Below, piece by piece: positions 53,807 to 63,261 of a stretch of DNA of 64,000 bases. This stretch comes from Alphaproteobacteria bacterium (GTDB lineage: Bacteria; Pseudomonadota; Alphaproteobacteria; Micavibrionales; UBA2020), in contig WGNE01000019.1 in NCBI GenBank assembly GCA_016124645.1, forward strand, positions 25,699-89,698, written 5' to 3'. The notes under the pieces were generated by a model. That model did no database searches. It was not told the origin of the DNA and saw nothing but the letters and a program-made list of their open reading frames with translations. The position numbers and the translations under genes are program-made. The stretch's first letter is position 1. Each line of letters begins with the position of its first letter.

Positions 53807-55222
53807 TTGTCCGCCGTCCGAAAACGCGCGGGTATGATCGCGAAGCCCGTCATGAACAACGAAACATTCACGCAGACGATGCGCGCGCTTTTGCCGCCTG
53901 AAGGCGCGAAGCCGCACGGGGAACCGCCGCGCCTCGCCGTCGCCGTCTCGGGCGGGGGGGACAGCATGGCGCTTTGCCTGCTCGTGCATGACTTCGTGCG
54001 CGCGCAGGGCGGGGAGATGGTCGCCCTCACCGTCGATCACGCGCTGCGGCCCGGATCGCGCGAAGAAGCGGAAGCGGCGGGTGCGCAGCTCGCCGCGCGC
54101 GGCATCCGCCACCGCATCCTGACGTGGGAAGGGAAAAAACCAAAGACCCGCTTGCAGGAACGCGCCCGCATCGCGCGCTACCGGCTTTTGAAGCAGGCTT
54201 GCCGGGAGGAGGGGATGGATATTCTCTGCCTCGCGCATAACCTCGAGGACCAGGCGGAAACCTTCTGGATGCGCCTCGCGCACGGCAGCGGGCTCGACGG
54301 ACTGGCGGGCATGACGTCTTCGCGCGCGGAAGGCGGGCTGCGCATCCTCCGCCCGCTTTTGTCCGTGCCGCGCGCGGAACTGCGCGATTATTGCCGCGCG
54401 GCGGGCGTCGAATGGGCCGAAGATCCTTCCAACGAAAACGAAAAATTCCTGCGCGTGAAGCTGCGCGGCTTCGAGGAACTGCTGGCGCAGGAAGGGCTCA
54501 CGCCCCAAAGGTTGTCGCTGGTGATGGAAAAGCTCGCCCGCGCGCGCGGCGCCTTGCAGGACATCGCGCGGGAAAGTTTCATGCGCTGCGTCACCTTGCA
54601 TGAAGAAGGCTACGCCACGCTCTCGCGCAGCGAATTCGCCGCCCTGCACCGCGAAGTACAGCGGCGCGTTCTGGCCGGCGCGATCGCCGCCTGCGCCCCG
54701 CCGCCGGACTACCCGCCCGGCGCCGCGCTGGATAGCTTGCTGGACGACATGCTGGCTGAAGGTTTTTCCGGCCGCACGCTGGCGGGCTGCGTCTTTTCCG
54801 ACGCCGGACCACGCGAAATCCTGCTCACCCGGGAAGAGGCGGCCATCGCCCCCCTCAGTCTTTCCGCCGTGTTGCAGGGCAGCGCGGTCTGGGACGGGCG
54901 TTTCGAGGTTTCATGGCCCGACTCCGGCGGCGCAGCGGCGCAAGGCCTTGCCCTCGCCCCGCTGGGGGAGGCGGGGGTCGCGGATTTAAGAAAAATGCTG
55001 GCGCAGGCGGGCGCGGGCGGGCTGGAAGCCTCCCGCCGCTTCGAAGCCCTGCCGGCAAGGGTGCGGCGCGGGTTGCCCGCCGTGAAGGATGCGGCGAAAG
55101 GGGCGGAAAATATCCTTTATATTCCGCATCTTGGCTGGGTTTCGCCGGAAGCGGAACCGGGGCTGAAAAAATCGCTGGAAAAACTGGCCCTGCGCCATTG
55201 CGCGGCGGGCAATCCGGCATAG
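53807..55222 (+). CDS. tilS: tRNA(Ile)-lysidine synthase
   Basis: PP-loop AVAVSGGGDSMAL. The start is uncertain: TTG 53807, ATG 53834 or ATG 53852. Confidence 0.85.
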   Translation: MSAVRKRAGMIAKPVMNNETFTQTMRALLPPEGAKPHGEPPRLAVAVSGGGDSMALCLLVHDFVRAQGGEMVALTVDHALRPGSREEAEAAGAQLAARGIRHRILTWEGKKPKTRLQERARIARYRLLKQACREEGMDILCLAHNLEDQAETFWMRLAHGSGLDGLAGMTSSRAEGGLRILRPLLSVPRAELRDYCRAAGVEWAEDPSNENEKFLRVKLRGFEELLAQEGLTPQRLSLVMEKLARARGALQDIARESFMRCVTLHEEGYATLSRSEFAALHREVQRRVLAGAIAACAPPPDYPPGAALDSLLDDMLAEGFSGRTLAGCVFSDAGPREILLTREEAAIAPLSLSAVLQGSAVWDGRFEVSWPDSGGAAAQGLALAPLGEAGVADLRKMLAQAGAGGLEASRRFEALPARVRRGLPAVKDAAKGAENILYIPHLGWVSPEAEPGLKKSLEKLALRHCAAGNPA

Positions 55223-55278
55223 ATACTCTCTGAACGGCTTTATGAAGGCAAGGGACGCTTGCCCGCCCGCCGTAAAGA

Positions 55279-55308
55279 TTGTTTAACCTTGGCATGGCAC
55301 TATATAAT
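55279..55308 (+). promoter_or_regulatory. Candidate promoter for ftsH
   Basis: TTGTTT, an 18-nt spacer, then TATAAT, about 32 nt upstream of ATG 55340. Confidence 0.25.
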
Positions 55309-55339
55309 TGAAGTATGGGAATTTTAGAGGATTGCGTGC

Positions 55340-57313
55340 ATGAGAGACGGTAACGACAACAACAACCGCGGCGACCGGGGCGGCAACGACGGGACCGGCA
55401 ACGGGCCGCCGGGCCGCAGCAACATCATCATCTGGCTCATCATCCTCATGCTCTTCATCGGGGTGGCCAATATCCTGAGCCACGGCTCGGGCGAGATGGC
55501 GGGCCATACCGTCGCCTACAGCGACTTCCTCTCCAGCGTCGATGCGCACAAGGTTTCCGCCATCACCATTACCGGCGACCATGTCGTCGGCACCGGCAAC
55601 GACGGCAGCCAGTTCGGCGTGGTCGTGCCTCCCAATACCTCCGTCACCGACGACATCAAGGGCAAGGGCGTGAAGATCACCGCCGTTTCCGACAGCCCGG
55701 GTTTCCTCGGCTACCTGATTTCCTACGCGCCGATGATCTTGCTCATCGGGGTGTGGATATACTTCATGCGCCAGATGCAGGGCTCGGGCAACAAGGCGAT
55801 GGGCTTTGGCAAGTCCAAGGCCAAGCTGCTGAATGAAAAGAACGGCCGCGTCACCTTCGCCGACGTCGCCGGCGTCGAGGAAGCGAAGGAGGAGCTGCAG
55901 GAGGTCGTGGAATTCCTGCGCGACCCGCAGAAGTTCCAGCGTCTCGGCGGCAAGATACCCAAGGGCGTGCTGCTCGTCGGCCCGCCGGGGACGGGCAAGA
56001 CGCTCATCGCGCGCGCCGTCGCGGGCGAGGCGGGGGTTCCCTTCTTCACCATTTCCGGCTCCGACTTCGTCGAGATGTTCGTCGGCGTGGGCGCGAGCCG
56101 CGTGCGCGACATGTTCGAGCAGGGCAAGAAGAACGCCCCCTGCATCGTCTTCATCGACGAGATCGACGCGGTGGGCCGCCACCGCGGCGCGGGTCTCGGC
56201 GGCGGCAACGACGAGCGCGAGCAGACCCTCAACCAGCTGCTGGTCGAGATGGACGGCTTCGAGGCGAACGAGGGCGTCATCCTCATCGCCGCCACCAACC
56301 GCCCCGACGTGCTGGACCCGGCGCTGCTGCGCCCCGGCCGTTTCGACCGCCAGGTCGTGGTGCCCAACCCCGACGTGGGCGGGCGCGAGAAGATTTTGAA
56401 GGTCCATATGCACAAGATCCCGCTGGCGCAGGACGTGGAAGCCCGCGTCATCGCGCGCGGCACCCCCGGCTTTTCCGGCGCGGACCTCGCCAACCTCGTG
56501 AACGAGGCGGCGCTGCTGGCCGCGCGGCGCGGCAAGCGCGTCGTCGGCATGGCCGAGCTGGAGGACGCGAAGGACAAGGTCATGATGGGCGCGGAGCGCA
56601 AGTCGATGGCCATGTCCGAGGAGGAAAAAAGGAATACCGCCTACCACGAGGCGGGGCACGCCATCGTCGCCCTGCACGAGCCGGCGTCGGACCCCATCCA
56701 CAAGGCGACCATCATCCCGCGCGGGCGCGCGCTGGGCATGGTCATGCGCCTGCCCGAAGGCGACCGCTATTCCATGACGCGCGAAAAGATCCACGCGGAC
56801 CTTTCCGTCTCCATGGGCGGGCGCATCGCGGAAGAGCTCATCTTCGGCCACGACAAGGTGACGACCGGCGCGTCCGGCGACATCAAGATGGCGACCGACA
56901 TGGCGCGGCGCATGGTGACCGAATGGGGCCTGAGCGACGAGATGGGGCCGATCAACTACGGCTCCGACCGCGAGGAGGTCTTCCTCGGCTACAGCATGGG
57001 CCAGCAAAAGAGCATCTCCAGCTCCACCGCCGCCAAGGTGGACGCGGAGGTCAAGCGCATCGTGGAGGAATCCTACACCCGCGCCAAGGCCATCCTGACG
57101 GAGAACATCGACGAGCTGCACACGCTCGCCAAGGCGCTCATCGAATACGAGACGCTCAACGGCGACGAAATCCCGAAGGTCATCAAGGGCGAGCCGATCG
57201 ACCGCATCTCGGCCGAGGAAGAGGCCGCCGAGCGCAAGAAACGGCAGAAATCGGGCTCCGTCCCTTCCGCGGGCGGCGTGGACCTCGGATCGCCCGAGCC
57301 CAGCAGCGCCTGA
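55340..57313 (+). CDS. ftsH: ATP-dependent zinc metalloprotease FtsH
   Basis: [18 protein letters not shown], the SRH region, and HEAGHAIV. Confidence 0.95.
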   Translation: MRDGNDNNNRGDRGGNDGTGNGPPGRSNIIIWLIILMLFIGVANILSHGSGEMAGHTVAYSDFLSSVDAHKVSAITITGDHVVGTGNDGSQFGVVVPPNTSVTDDIKGKGVKITAVSDSPGFLGYLISYAPMILLIGVWIYFMRQMQGSGNKAMGFGKSKAKLLNEKNGRVTFADVAGVEEAKEELQEVVEFLRDPQKFQRLGGKIPKGVLLVGPPGTGKTLIARAVAGEAGVPFFTISGSDFVEMFVGVGASRVRDMFEQGKKNAPCIVFIDEIDAVGRHRGAGLGGGNDEREQTLNQLLVEMDGFEANEGVILIAATNRPDVLDPALLRPGRFDRQVVVPNPDVGGREKILKVHMHKIPLAQDVEARVIARGTPGFSGADLANLVNEAALLAARRGKRVVGMAELEDAKDKVMMGAERKSMAMSEEEKRNTAYHEAGHAIVALHEPASDPIHKATIIPRGRALGMVMRLPEGDRYSMTREKIHADLSVSMGGRIAEELIFGHDKVTTGASGDIKMATDMARRMVTEWGLSDEMGPINYGSDREEVFLGYSMGQQKSISSSTAAKVDAEVKRIVEESYTRAKAILTENIDELHTLAKALIEYETLNGDEIPKVIKGEPIDRISAEEEAAERKKRQKSGSVPSAGGVDLGSPEPSSA

Positions 57314-57341
57314 TAGATAAACTTTTAAATTCAAGAGATTG

Positions 57342-57370
57342 CGGGCCCCTCACGGAGCCCGTTTTCTTTT
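57342..57370 (+). terminator. Rho-independent terminator after ftsH
   Basis: CGGGCCCC tcac GGAGCCCG (one mismatch) followed by TTTTCTTTT. Confidence 0.55.
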
Positions 57371-57471
57371 GTGCCGTGCCCGAAAACCTTTGACGGAATA
57401 TTGACCTTCGCGCCCTCGGGGCGTATGAAGGGGCATTATGCAATACGGAACAAGAACAGGACGGGGCTGAC

Positions 57472-58323
57472 ATGGCTTACGTTTTCATGGGCAAGGCCCG
57501 CATGAACACCGCGATCAGCCGCGGGGAGATCGACAAGATGAGCGCGTTGCTCAGCCGCGGGCTCAACATCGAGCTGACCGACGATTACGGCGACAGCTTC
57601 CTCATCAACGCCATTTACGCCAACAACCCCCGCGCGGTGGCGCTGCTGCTGGAAAAAGGCGCTTCGACCGTCACCAGCGCCGTGCGCCACGGCTCGCCCC
57701 TCTTGCTGGCCGCGCAAAAAGGCAACCTCGAGATCTGCGAGAAGCTGGTGGAAAAAGACCCCGCGCTGCTGACCCTGCGCGACCGCGACGGCAACACCCC
57801 GCTGCACAAGGCCGCCGAAAGCGGGCACGAGGAAGTGGCCGCCTTCCTGCTGCACAAGGGCGTCGATCCGCATGCGAAGAACAAGGCCAACCGCACGCCG
57901 CTCTTCCTCGCCCAGTCGAAGAACAACTTCAACGTCGCAAGCATCCTCGAAGCCCTGCCCAAGCCGCCCACGGCCTATGCGGTTCCGCAGGCGGCGGAAA
58001 CGGCGCAGCCCGAAACGGAAACGGGCTGGCGCAAGCTGGCCGACGACTGCGTCGCGCATGTGAAGGACGCACCCGCCATCGGCTACCGCATCACCGAGAT
58101 TTTTAATTTCGCCGCGCGCGAGCGCGTGACGCTCTACCGCAACCTCGAAACCGGCGCGGAAAGCGTGGACGTGAAGGATTTCGCGCGCATCGCGCAAAAG
58201 GCGCCGCTGGAGCGCGCTCTGGCCGAGCTGCAAAAGCGCGGCGGCCATGCGGGCGCGGATTGCATCACCGGCATCGACAAGCCCCGCACCCTGCCCCCCG
58301 GTCCCGCCGCGCCCGGCGGCTGA
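57472..58323 (+). CDS. Ankyrin-repeat protein with an unrecognised C-terminal domain
   Basis: N-terminal ~160 aa of ANK units (GNTPLHKAAESGHEEVAAFLLHKGVDPHAKNKANRTPLFLA). The C-terminal ~110 aa has no recognised motif. Confidence 0.75.
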   Translation: MAYVFMGKARMNTAISRGEIDKMSALLSRGLNIELTDDYGDSFLINAIYANNPRAVALLLEKGASTVTSAVRHGSPLLLAAQKGNLEICEKLVEKDPALLTLRDRDGNTPLHKAAESGHEEVAAFLLHKGVDPHAKNKANRTPLFLAQSKNNFNVASILEALPKPPTAYAVPQAAETAQPETETGWRKLADDCVAHVKDAPAIGYRITEIFNFAARERVTLYRNLETGAESVDVKDFARIAQKAPLERALAELQKRGGHAGADCITGIDKPRTLPPGPAAPGG

Positions 58324-58414
58324 CGGGACGGCGCGTTTTCGCCGCCCTCTTTAAACCTTCCTTAACCCCGCTGTCCTAGGATAAATCCGGCGCGTTTTTT
58401 TACAGGGGTTTTTC

Positions 58415-59326
58415 ATGGACGGTTCCTCGATTTTCGGCTGGGTGATGTTTCTGCTGGCCGCGATTCTCGTTCTCGGCAGCTTTTTCACCGTCAATACGGC
58501 GCAGGCCGCGGTCATCACGCGCTTCGGCAAGTTTTTGCGCATCGCCTCGCCCGGGCTGGGCTGGAAATGGCCGATCATCGATTCCGTGGCCTCCAAGGTC
58601 AGCCTGCGCGTGCAGCAGATCACCCTGACGATGGAAACCAAGACCAAGGACAACGTCTTCGTCACTATTCCCATTTCCGTGCAGAACCGCGTGCGGCCCG
58701 AGCGGGTGTTCGACGCCTATTACAAGCTCGCCAACCCGGTCGCGCAGATCCAGTCCTACGTCGAGCAGGTCATCCTCGGCCATGTGCCGGGCATGACGCT
58801 GGACGAGGTCTTCGCCAGCCAGTCCGGCATCGCCGCCGCCGTCAAGAAGGAGCTGGATTCGGACATGTCGGAATTCGGCTATGAAATCGTCAACGTGCTG
58901 GTGACGGACATCGTGCCCGATTCCAAGGTGAAATCCGCGATGAACGACATCAACGCCGCCCAGCGCGAGCAGGTCGCCGCCAATGCGCGCGGCGAGGCGG
59001 ACAAGATCCTCGTCGTGAAAAAGGCCGAGGCCGAGGCGGAAAGCAAGGCGCTGCAGGGCCAGGGCATCGCCAACCAGCGCAAGGCCATCGTCGAGGGGCT
59101 TCAGGCCTCCATCGAGCAGTTCCAGAAGGTCGTCAACGGCGCGACCGCGCAGGAGGTCATGCAGCTCGTCATGGTCACGCAGTATTTCGACACGCTGAAA
59201 TCCATCGGCGAGAGCGACAAGACCAATACCCTGTTCCTCTCCCACGCGCCGGGTGCCGTGGGCGATATTTCTGAACAGATACTGACCTCGATGATGGGGG
59301 CTGACAAGGCGAACGCGGCGCGCTGA
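58415..59326 (+). CDS. SPFH/band-7 (prohibitin/stomatin-like) family protein
   Basis: N-terminal TM helix, then AAVITRFGKFLRIASPGLGWKWPIIDSV and an Ala/Glu-rich coiled coil. Confidence 0.85.
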   Translation: MDGSSIFGWVMFLLAAILVLGSFFTVNTAQAAVITRFGKFLRIASPGLGWKWPIIDSVASKVSLRVQQITLTMETKTKDNVFVTIPISVQNRVRPERVFDAYYKLANPVAQIQSYVEQVILGHVPGMTLDEVFASQSGIAAAVKKELDSDMSEFGYEIVNVLVTDIVPDSKVKSAMNDINAAQREQVAANARGEADKILVVKKAEAEAESKALQGQGIANQRKAIVEGLQASIEQFQKVVNGATAQEVMQLVMVTQYFDTLKSIGESDKTNTLFLSHAPGAVGDISEQILTSMMGADKANAAR

Positions 59327-59332
59327 CGGGCC

Positions 59333-59743
59333 TCACTTGTGCTGCTGAGCCTGCAGCAGCCCCGGCGCGGGCACGAAGGGCGGAGGCGCCTTTTCGAAGG
59401 CGATAAAGAGGCCGAAGGCGGACAAGACGAAAATCAGGAACATCGCGACCGCGAAACCGTGGCTGGGCTTTTTCAGCAGCTCCGCCTTTTCCGCCGCCGG
59501 GGCCTCCGGCATCATGGCCTGATGCGACAGCCGGAACAGGTAGGCGGGCAGGGTCAGGAACAGAATCCGCACCGTGCGCCGCTGCTGGTAGTCCATATGG
59601 TCTTTCATGAGGTAGGGAAACAAGATCCAGTCCAGCAAAAGCAGCGAGATCCCCGCGATGAAGAACATCACGGCGGCGAAGGTGAAGAGCCTGCGTTCCG
59701 ATGGCGTTTCGCCGTTGTCTTGCGTGTCGTTCGTTTCGTCCAT
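59333..59743 (-). CDS. Hypothetical membrane protein (about 3 TM segments)
   Basis: Start MDETNDTQDN (59743). Hydrophobic segments: LFTFAAVMFFIAGISLLLLDWILFPYL, ILFLTLPAYLF, FAVAMFLIFVLSAFGLFIAF. Confidence 0.45.
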   Translation of the reverse strand: MDETNDTQDNGETPSERRLFTFAAVMFFIAGISLLLLDWILFPYLMKDHMDYQQRRTVRILFLTLPAYLFRLSHQAMMPEAPAAEKAELLKKPSHGFAVAMFLIFVLSAFGLFIAFEKAPPPFVPAPGLLQAQQHK

Positions 59744-59941
59744 GTTCTGATGATAGCGGCAAAAAGGCGCAATATCAGCATATTGTCGCAAAGTTAAACA
59801 TTTTGTGACTGTATTTCCTTAAATTATGGTAATGAAATCCGGCCTGTTTTCTTGATGCCCCCCGCGCGATTCGCTACCAATGAAGGGGCGGGGCGTAACC
59901 TGAAAAACGACAAGACCAACAAGCGCAGGATATCAGCACAG

Positions 59942-61327
59942 ATGACACGCAAGTATTTCGGCACCGACGGCATTCGCGGCAAGGCCAACGAGGGCGCCAT
60001 CACAGCGGAAACGGCCATGCAGGTCGCCATGGCGGCGGCGGCGGAGCTGAAACGCGGCGCGCACCGCCACCGCGTCATCATCGGCAAGGACACGCGGCTG
60101 TCGGGCTATTTGCTCGAGCCCGCGATGACGGCGGGCTTCATTTCCATGGGAATGGACGTCATGCTGCTGGGCCCCATGCCCACGCCGGCGGTCTCCATGC
60201 TTACGCGTTCGCTGCGCGCGGACCTCGGGGTCATGATCTCCGCCTCGCACAATCCCTATCAGGATAACGGCATCAAACTGTTCGGCGCGGACGGCTACAA
60301 GCTTTCCGACGACGTCGAGCTCGCGATCGAGGCGCGGATGGAGGGCGATCTTTCCGCCCTGCGCGTGCCTTCCGCCGATCTCGGCCGCGCCAGCCGCCTC
60401 GACGACGAGCGCGGGCGCTACATCGAGAACGTCAAGAGCACCTTCCCCCGCAACCTGCGCCTCGACGGGCTGAAGATCGTCGTCGATTGCGCGAACGGCG
60501 CGGCCTACAAGGTCGCCCCGCGCGTGCTCTGGGAGCTGGGGGCGGAGGTCGTGCCCATCGGCGTCGCCCCCGACGGCACCAACATCAACAAGAACTGCGG
60601 CGCGACCGCCCCCGGCATCATGCAGGAAATGGTGGTCAAGCACGGCGCGCATCTCGGCATCGCGCTCGACGGCGACGCGGACCGGCTCATCATGTGCGAC
60701 GAGAACGGGCAGATCATCGACGGCGACCAGATCATGGCGCTCATCGCCGGCGCCTGGCACAGGGAAGGCCGGCTGAAGGGCGGCGGCGTGGTCGCGACGG
60801 TCATGTCCAACCTCGGCTTCGAGCGTTTCCTGCACGCGCAGGGGCTGGAGCTGAAACGCATGCCGGTGGGCGACCGCTACGTCGTCGATCACATGCGGGC
60901 GAACGATTACAACCTCGGCGGCGAGCAGTCCGGCCATATCATCCTCGGCGATTACTCGACGACCGGCGACGGGCTGACCTCCGCCCTGCAGGTGCTGGCC
61001 GTCATCCAGCAGGCGCAGAAACCGGCCAGCGAGGTCTGCCGCGTCTTCACCCCGGTGCCGCAATTGCTCAAGAACGTGCGCTACAAAACCGCCATTTCCC
61101 TCGACGACGCGCCCCTGCAGGACGCCATCCGCGGCGCGGAAGGGCGGCTTGGCGGTTCCGGCCGCATCCTCGTGCGCAAGTCGGGGACCGAGCCGTTGAT
61201 CCGCGTCATGGCCGAAGGCGACGATGAAAAACTGGTGGCCGACGTGGTCGCCGGCATTTGCGCCACGGTCGAGGCGATGGACGCAGGCGGCGCGGACATC
61301 CCCGAAAAGAAAGCGGCCAGCGTCTGA
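59942..61327 (+). CDS. glmM: Phosphoglucosamine mutase
   Basis: Start [16 protein letters not shown] (59942). Active-site sequence [13 protein letters not shown]. Confidence 0.95.
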   Translation: MTRKYFGTDGIRGKANEGAITAETAMQVAMAAAAELKRGAHRHRVIIGKDTRLSGYLLEPAMTAGFISMGMDVMLLGPMPTPAVSMLTRSLRADLGVMISASHNPYQDNGIKLFGADGYKLSDDVELAIEARMEGDLSALRVPSADLGRASRLDDERGRYIENVKSTFPRNLRLDGLKIVVDCANGAAYKVAPRVLWELGAEVVPIGVAPDGTNINKNCGATAPGIMQEMVVKHGAHLGIALDGDADRLIMCDENGQIIDGDQIMALIAGAWHREGRLKGGGVVATVMSNLGFERFLHAQGLELKRMPVGDRYVVDHMRANDYNLGGEQSGHIILGDYSTTGDGLTSALQVLAVIQQAQKPASEVCRVFTPVPQLLKNVRYKTAISLDDAPLQDAIRGAEGRLGGSGRILVRKSGTEPLIRVMAEGDDEKLVADVVAGICATVEAMDAGGADIPEKKAASV

Positions 61328-62085
61328 TGAAAGCCCATTTCTTCGCGGCGGATACGGAACAGGCGCAGGCGGCGCGCAAGAAGCTCGTCTCCATCTACGG
61401 CGACACGCCGCTGGAAGAGGCCGACGCCGTGGTCGCGCTGGGCGGGGACGGTTCCATGCTGCGCGCGCTGCACGACAGCCTCGAGCACAAGAAGCCGGTC
61501 TTCGGCATGAACCGGGGCTCCATCGGGTTTTTGCTCAATGCCTACCGCGAAGACGGGCTGGCGGAACGCCTGAAAGCGGCGCAGGCCGTCACCCTCAACC
61601 CGCTGCGCGCGCGCGTCACGACCATGGCGGGCGAGACCAGCGACGCGCTGGCGATCAACGAAGTGTCTTTGTTGCGCGAAACCCGGCAGGCGGCGAAGCT
61701 GAAGATCACCATCGACGGCATCGTGCGGCTGGACGAGCTGATCTGCGACGGCATCATCTTCTCCACCCCCGCGGGTTCCACCGCCTACAACCTTTCCGCC
61801 CACGGGCCGATCATCCCCTTAAGCGGCGGCATCCTCGCGCTCACGCCCATCAGCGCCTTTCGCCCCCGCCGCTGGCGCGGCGCGCTTTTGCCGCATACCA
61901 GCCGCCTTTCCATCGAGGTGCAGGAGGCGGAAAACCGCCCCGTCAGCGCGGTCGCCGACTTCACCGAAATACGGGATGTGCGCAGGGTCGAGGTCTGGGT
62001 CGATCACGACATCGGCATCACCCTGCTCTTCGACCCCGAAATGAACCTTGACGAGCGCATGATCAAGGAACAGTTCATGCCCTGA
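61327..62085 (+). CDS. nadK: NAD kinase
   Basis: Start at ATG 61327 (TGATG overlap with glmM). [31 protein letters not shown]. Confidence 0.9.
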   Translation: MKAHFFAADTEQAQAARKKLVSIYGDTPLEEADAVVALGGDGSMLRALHDSLEHKKPVFGMNRGSIGFLLNAYREDGLAERLKAAQAVTLNPLRARVTTMAGETSDALAINEVSLLRETRQAAKLKITIDGIVRLDELICDGIIFSTPAGSTAYNLSAHGPIIPLSGGILALTPISAFRPRRWRGALLPHTSRLSIEVQEAENRPVSAVADFTEIRDVRRVEVWVDHDIGITLLFDPEMNLDERMIKEQFMP

Positions 62086-62112
62086 CCTGACCGGTCGGGA
62101 ACGGGGAATATC

Positions 62113-63000
62113 ATGCGTCGCAAACCTTCTTTTACGGGCCTTCTGGCCGCCCTGCTGTTTCCGTTCTTCCTGGCGGGCTGCTCGGGCCTGCAGGCGCTCG
62201 ACCTCGTCGTGCCGCACACGGGCTACAGCCTGAAAAGCGACATCGCCTACGGTCGCGGGCCGCGCCAGAAGCTGGACGTCTATGTACCCGCGCAGCCGGA
62301 CGCCTCGCGCGCCGTCGTCGTTTTCTTCTACGGCGGCAGCTGGCAGGACGGGGAGAAAGACCTCTACCGTTTCGCCGGGCAGGCCTTCGCCGAGAAGGGC
62401 TTCGTCGCCGTGCTGGCCGATTACCGCCTTTATCCCGACGTCTATTTCCCTGCCTTCATGGAAGATTGCGCGGGCGCGCTGCGCTGGACGCGCCGCCACA
62501 TCGCGCAATACGGCGGCGACCCCGCCAATATCTTCGTCGCGGGCCATTCGGCGGGGGCGTATAACGCGGTGATGCTGGCGCTGGATACGCGCTACCTGCA
62601 AGACGCGGGGGAGAGCCCAGCGGATATCCGCGGCGTCATCGGCCTTTCCGGCCCCTATGATTTTCTGCCCTTCGACGAGGAGCCGATACGCGCGCTCTTC
62701 AGCAAGGCGCCCGCCGCGCGGACCCAGCCCGTGAACTTCGTGCGCCGGGGCGCGCCGCCCATGCTGCTGGCCTGGGGAGATGAAGACACGCGGGTGAAAC
62801 GCCGCAACATCGCCAGTCTTTCAAGGAAGCTGCGCGCGGCGGGGGATGCGGTGGAGGTGCATATCTACAAGGGGCTCGACCACCCCGATACGGCCCTCGC
62901 GCTCGCCAGCGGCTTTCGCGACCGCGCGCCGGAGCTGCGCGACATCGTGAATTTCATTCACCGCAACGCCCGCCGGACGCGGGAAAAAGCGGCCAGGTAA
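62113..63000 (+). CDS. Alpha/beta hydrolase (esterase/lipase-like) lipoprotein
   Basis: Lipobox FFLAGC. VVVFFYGGSWQDG and the nucleophile elbow GHSAGA. Confidence 0.75.
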   Translation: MRRKPSFTGLLAALLFPFFLAGCSGLQALDLVVPHTGYSLKSDIAYGRGPRQKLDVYVPAQPDASRAVVVFFYGGSWQDGEKDLYRFAGQAFAEKGFVAVLADYRLYPDVYFPAFMEDCAGALRWTRRHIAQYGGDPANIFVAGHSAGAYNAVMLALDTRYLQDAGESPADIRGVIGLSGPYDFLPFDEEPIRALFSKAPAARTQPVNFVRRGAPPMLLAWGDEDTRVKRRNIASLSRKLRAAGDAVEVHIYKGLDHPDTALALASGFRDRAPELRDIVNFIHRNARRTREKAAR

Positions 63001-63057
63001 GTCACTGTTTTTATTGGATTAAGACGGAAAATTGCGCCGTGGCCTAAGAATCTTTCA

Positions 63058-63086
63058 TTGACAGAATCATCATATCGCCACATAGT
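63058..63086 (+). promoter_or_regulatory. Candidate sigma70-type promoter with a long (~170 nt) leader
   Basis: TTGACA, a 17-nt spacer, then CATAGT, in the lower-GC 261-bp intergenic region. Confidence 0.3.
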
Positions 63087-63261
63087 CTTCACATGACAAA
63101 AGCGGCAAACATCGCTGTTCTTCCCTTCCATCCGCGCCATCACTGGCGCTGAGCCAGTATAGTTTTGCCGGCAGAGCGCAGCCTGCCATACCCCGACATC
63201 ACCGCAATAAAAGCCGCCCGCCAAAGTGCAGGGCGCACCGGAACCCCAAGGTATTTTTGTC

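Noticed and set aside
55295-55310. Sigma54-like TGGCAC upstream of ftsH
   Set aside because: The -12 element (TTGC) is not present at the required 5-nt spacing. The region reads better as TTGTTT-18-TATAAT.
55283-57334. 683-aa minus-strand ORF
   Set aside because: It is antisense to ftsH.
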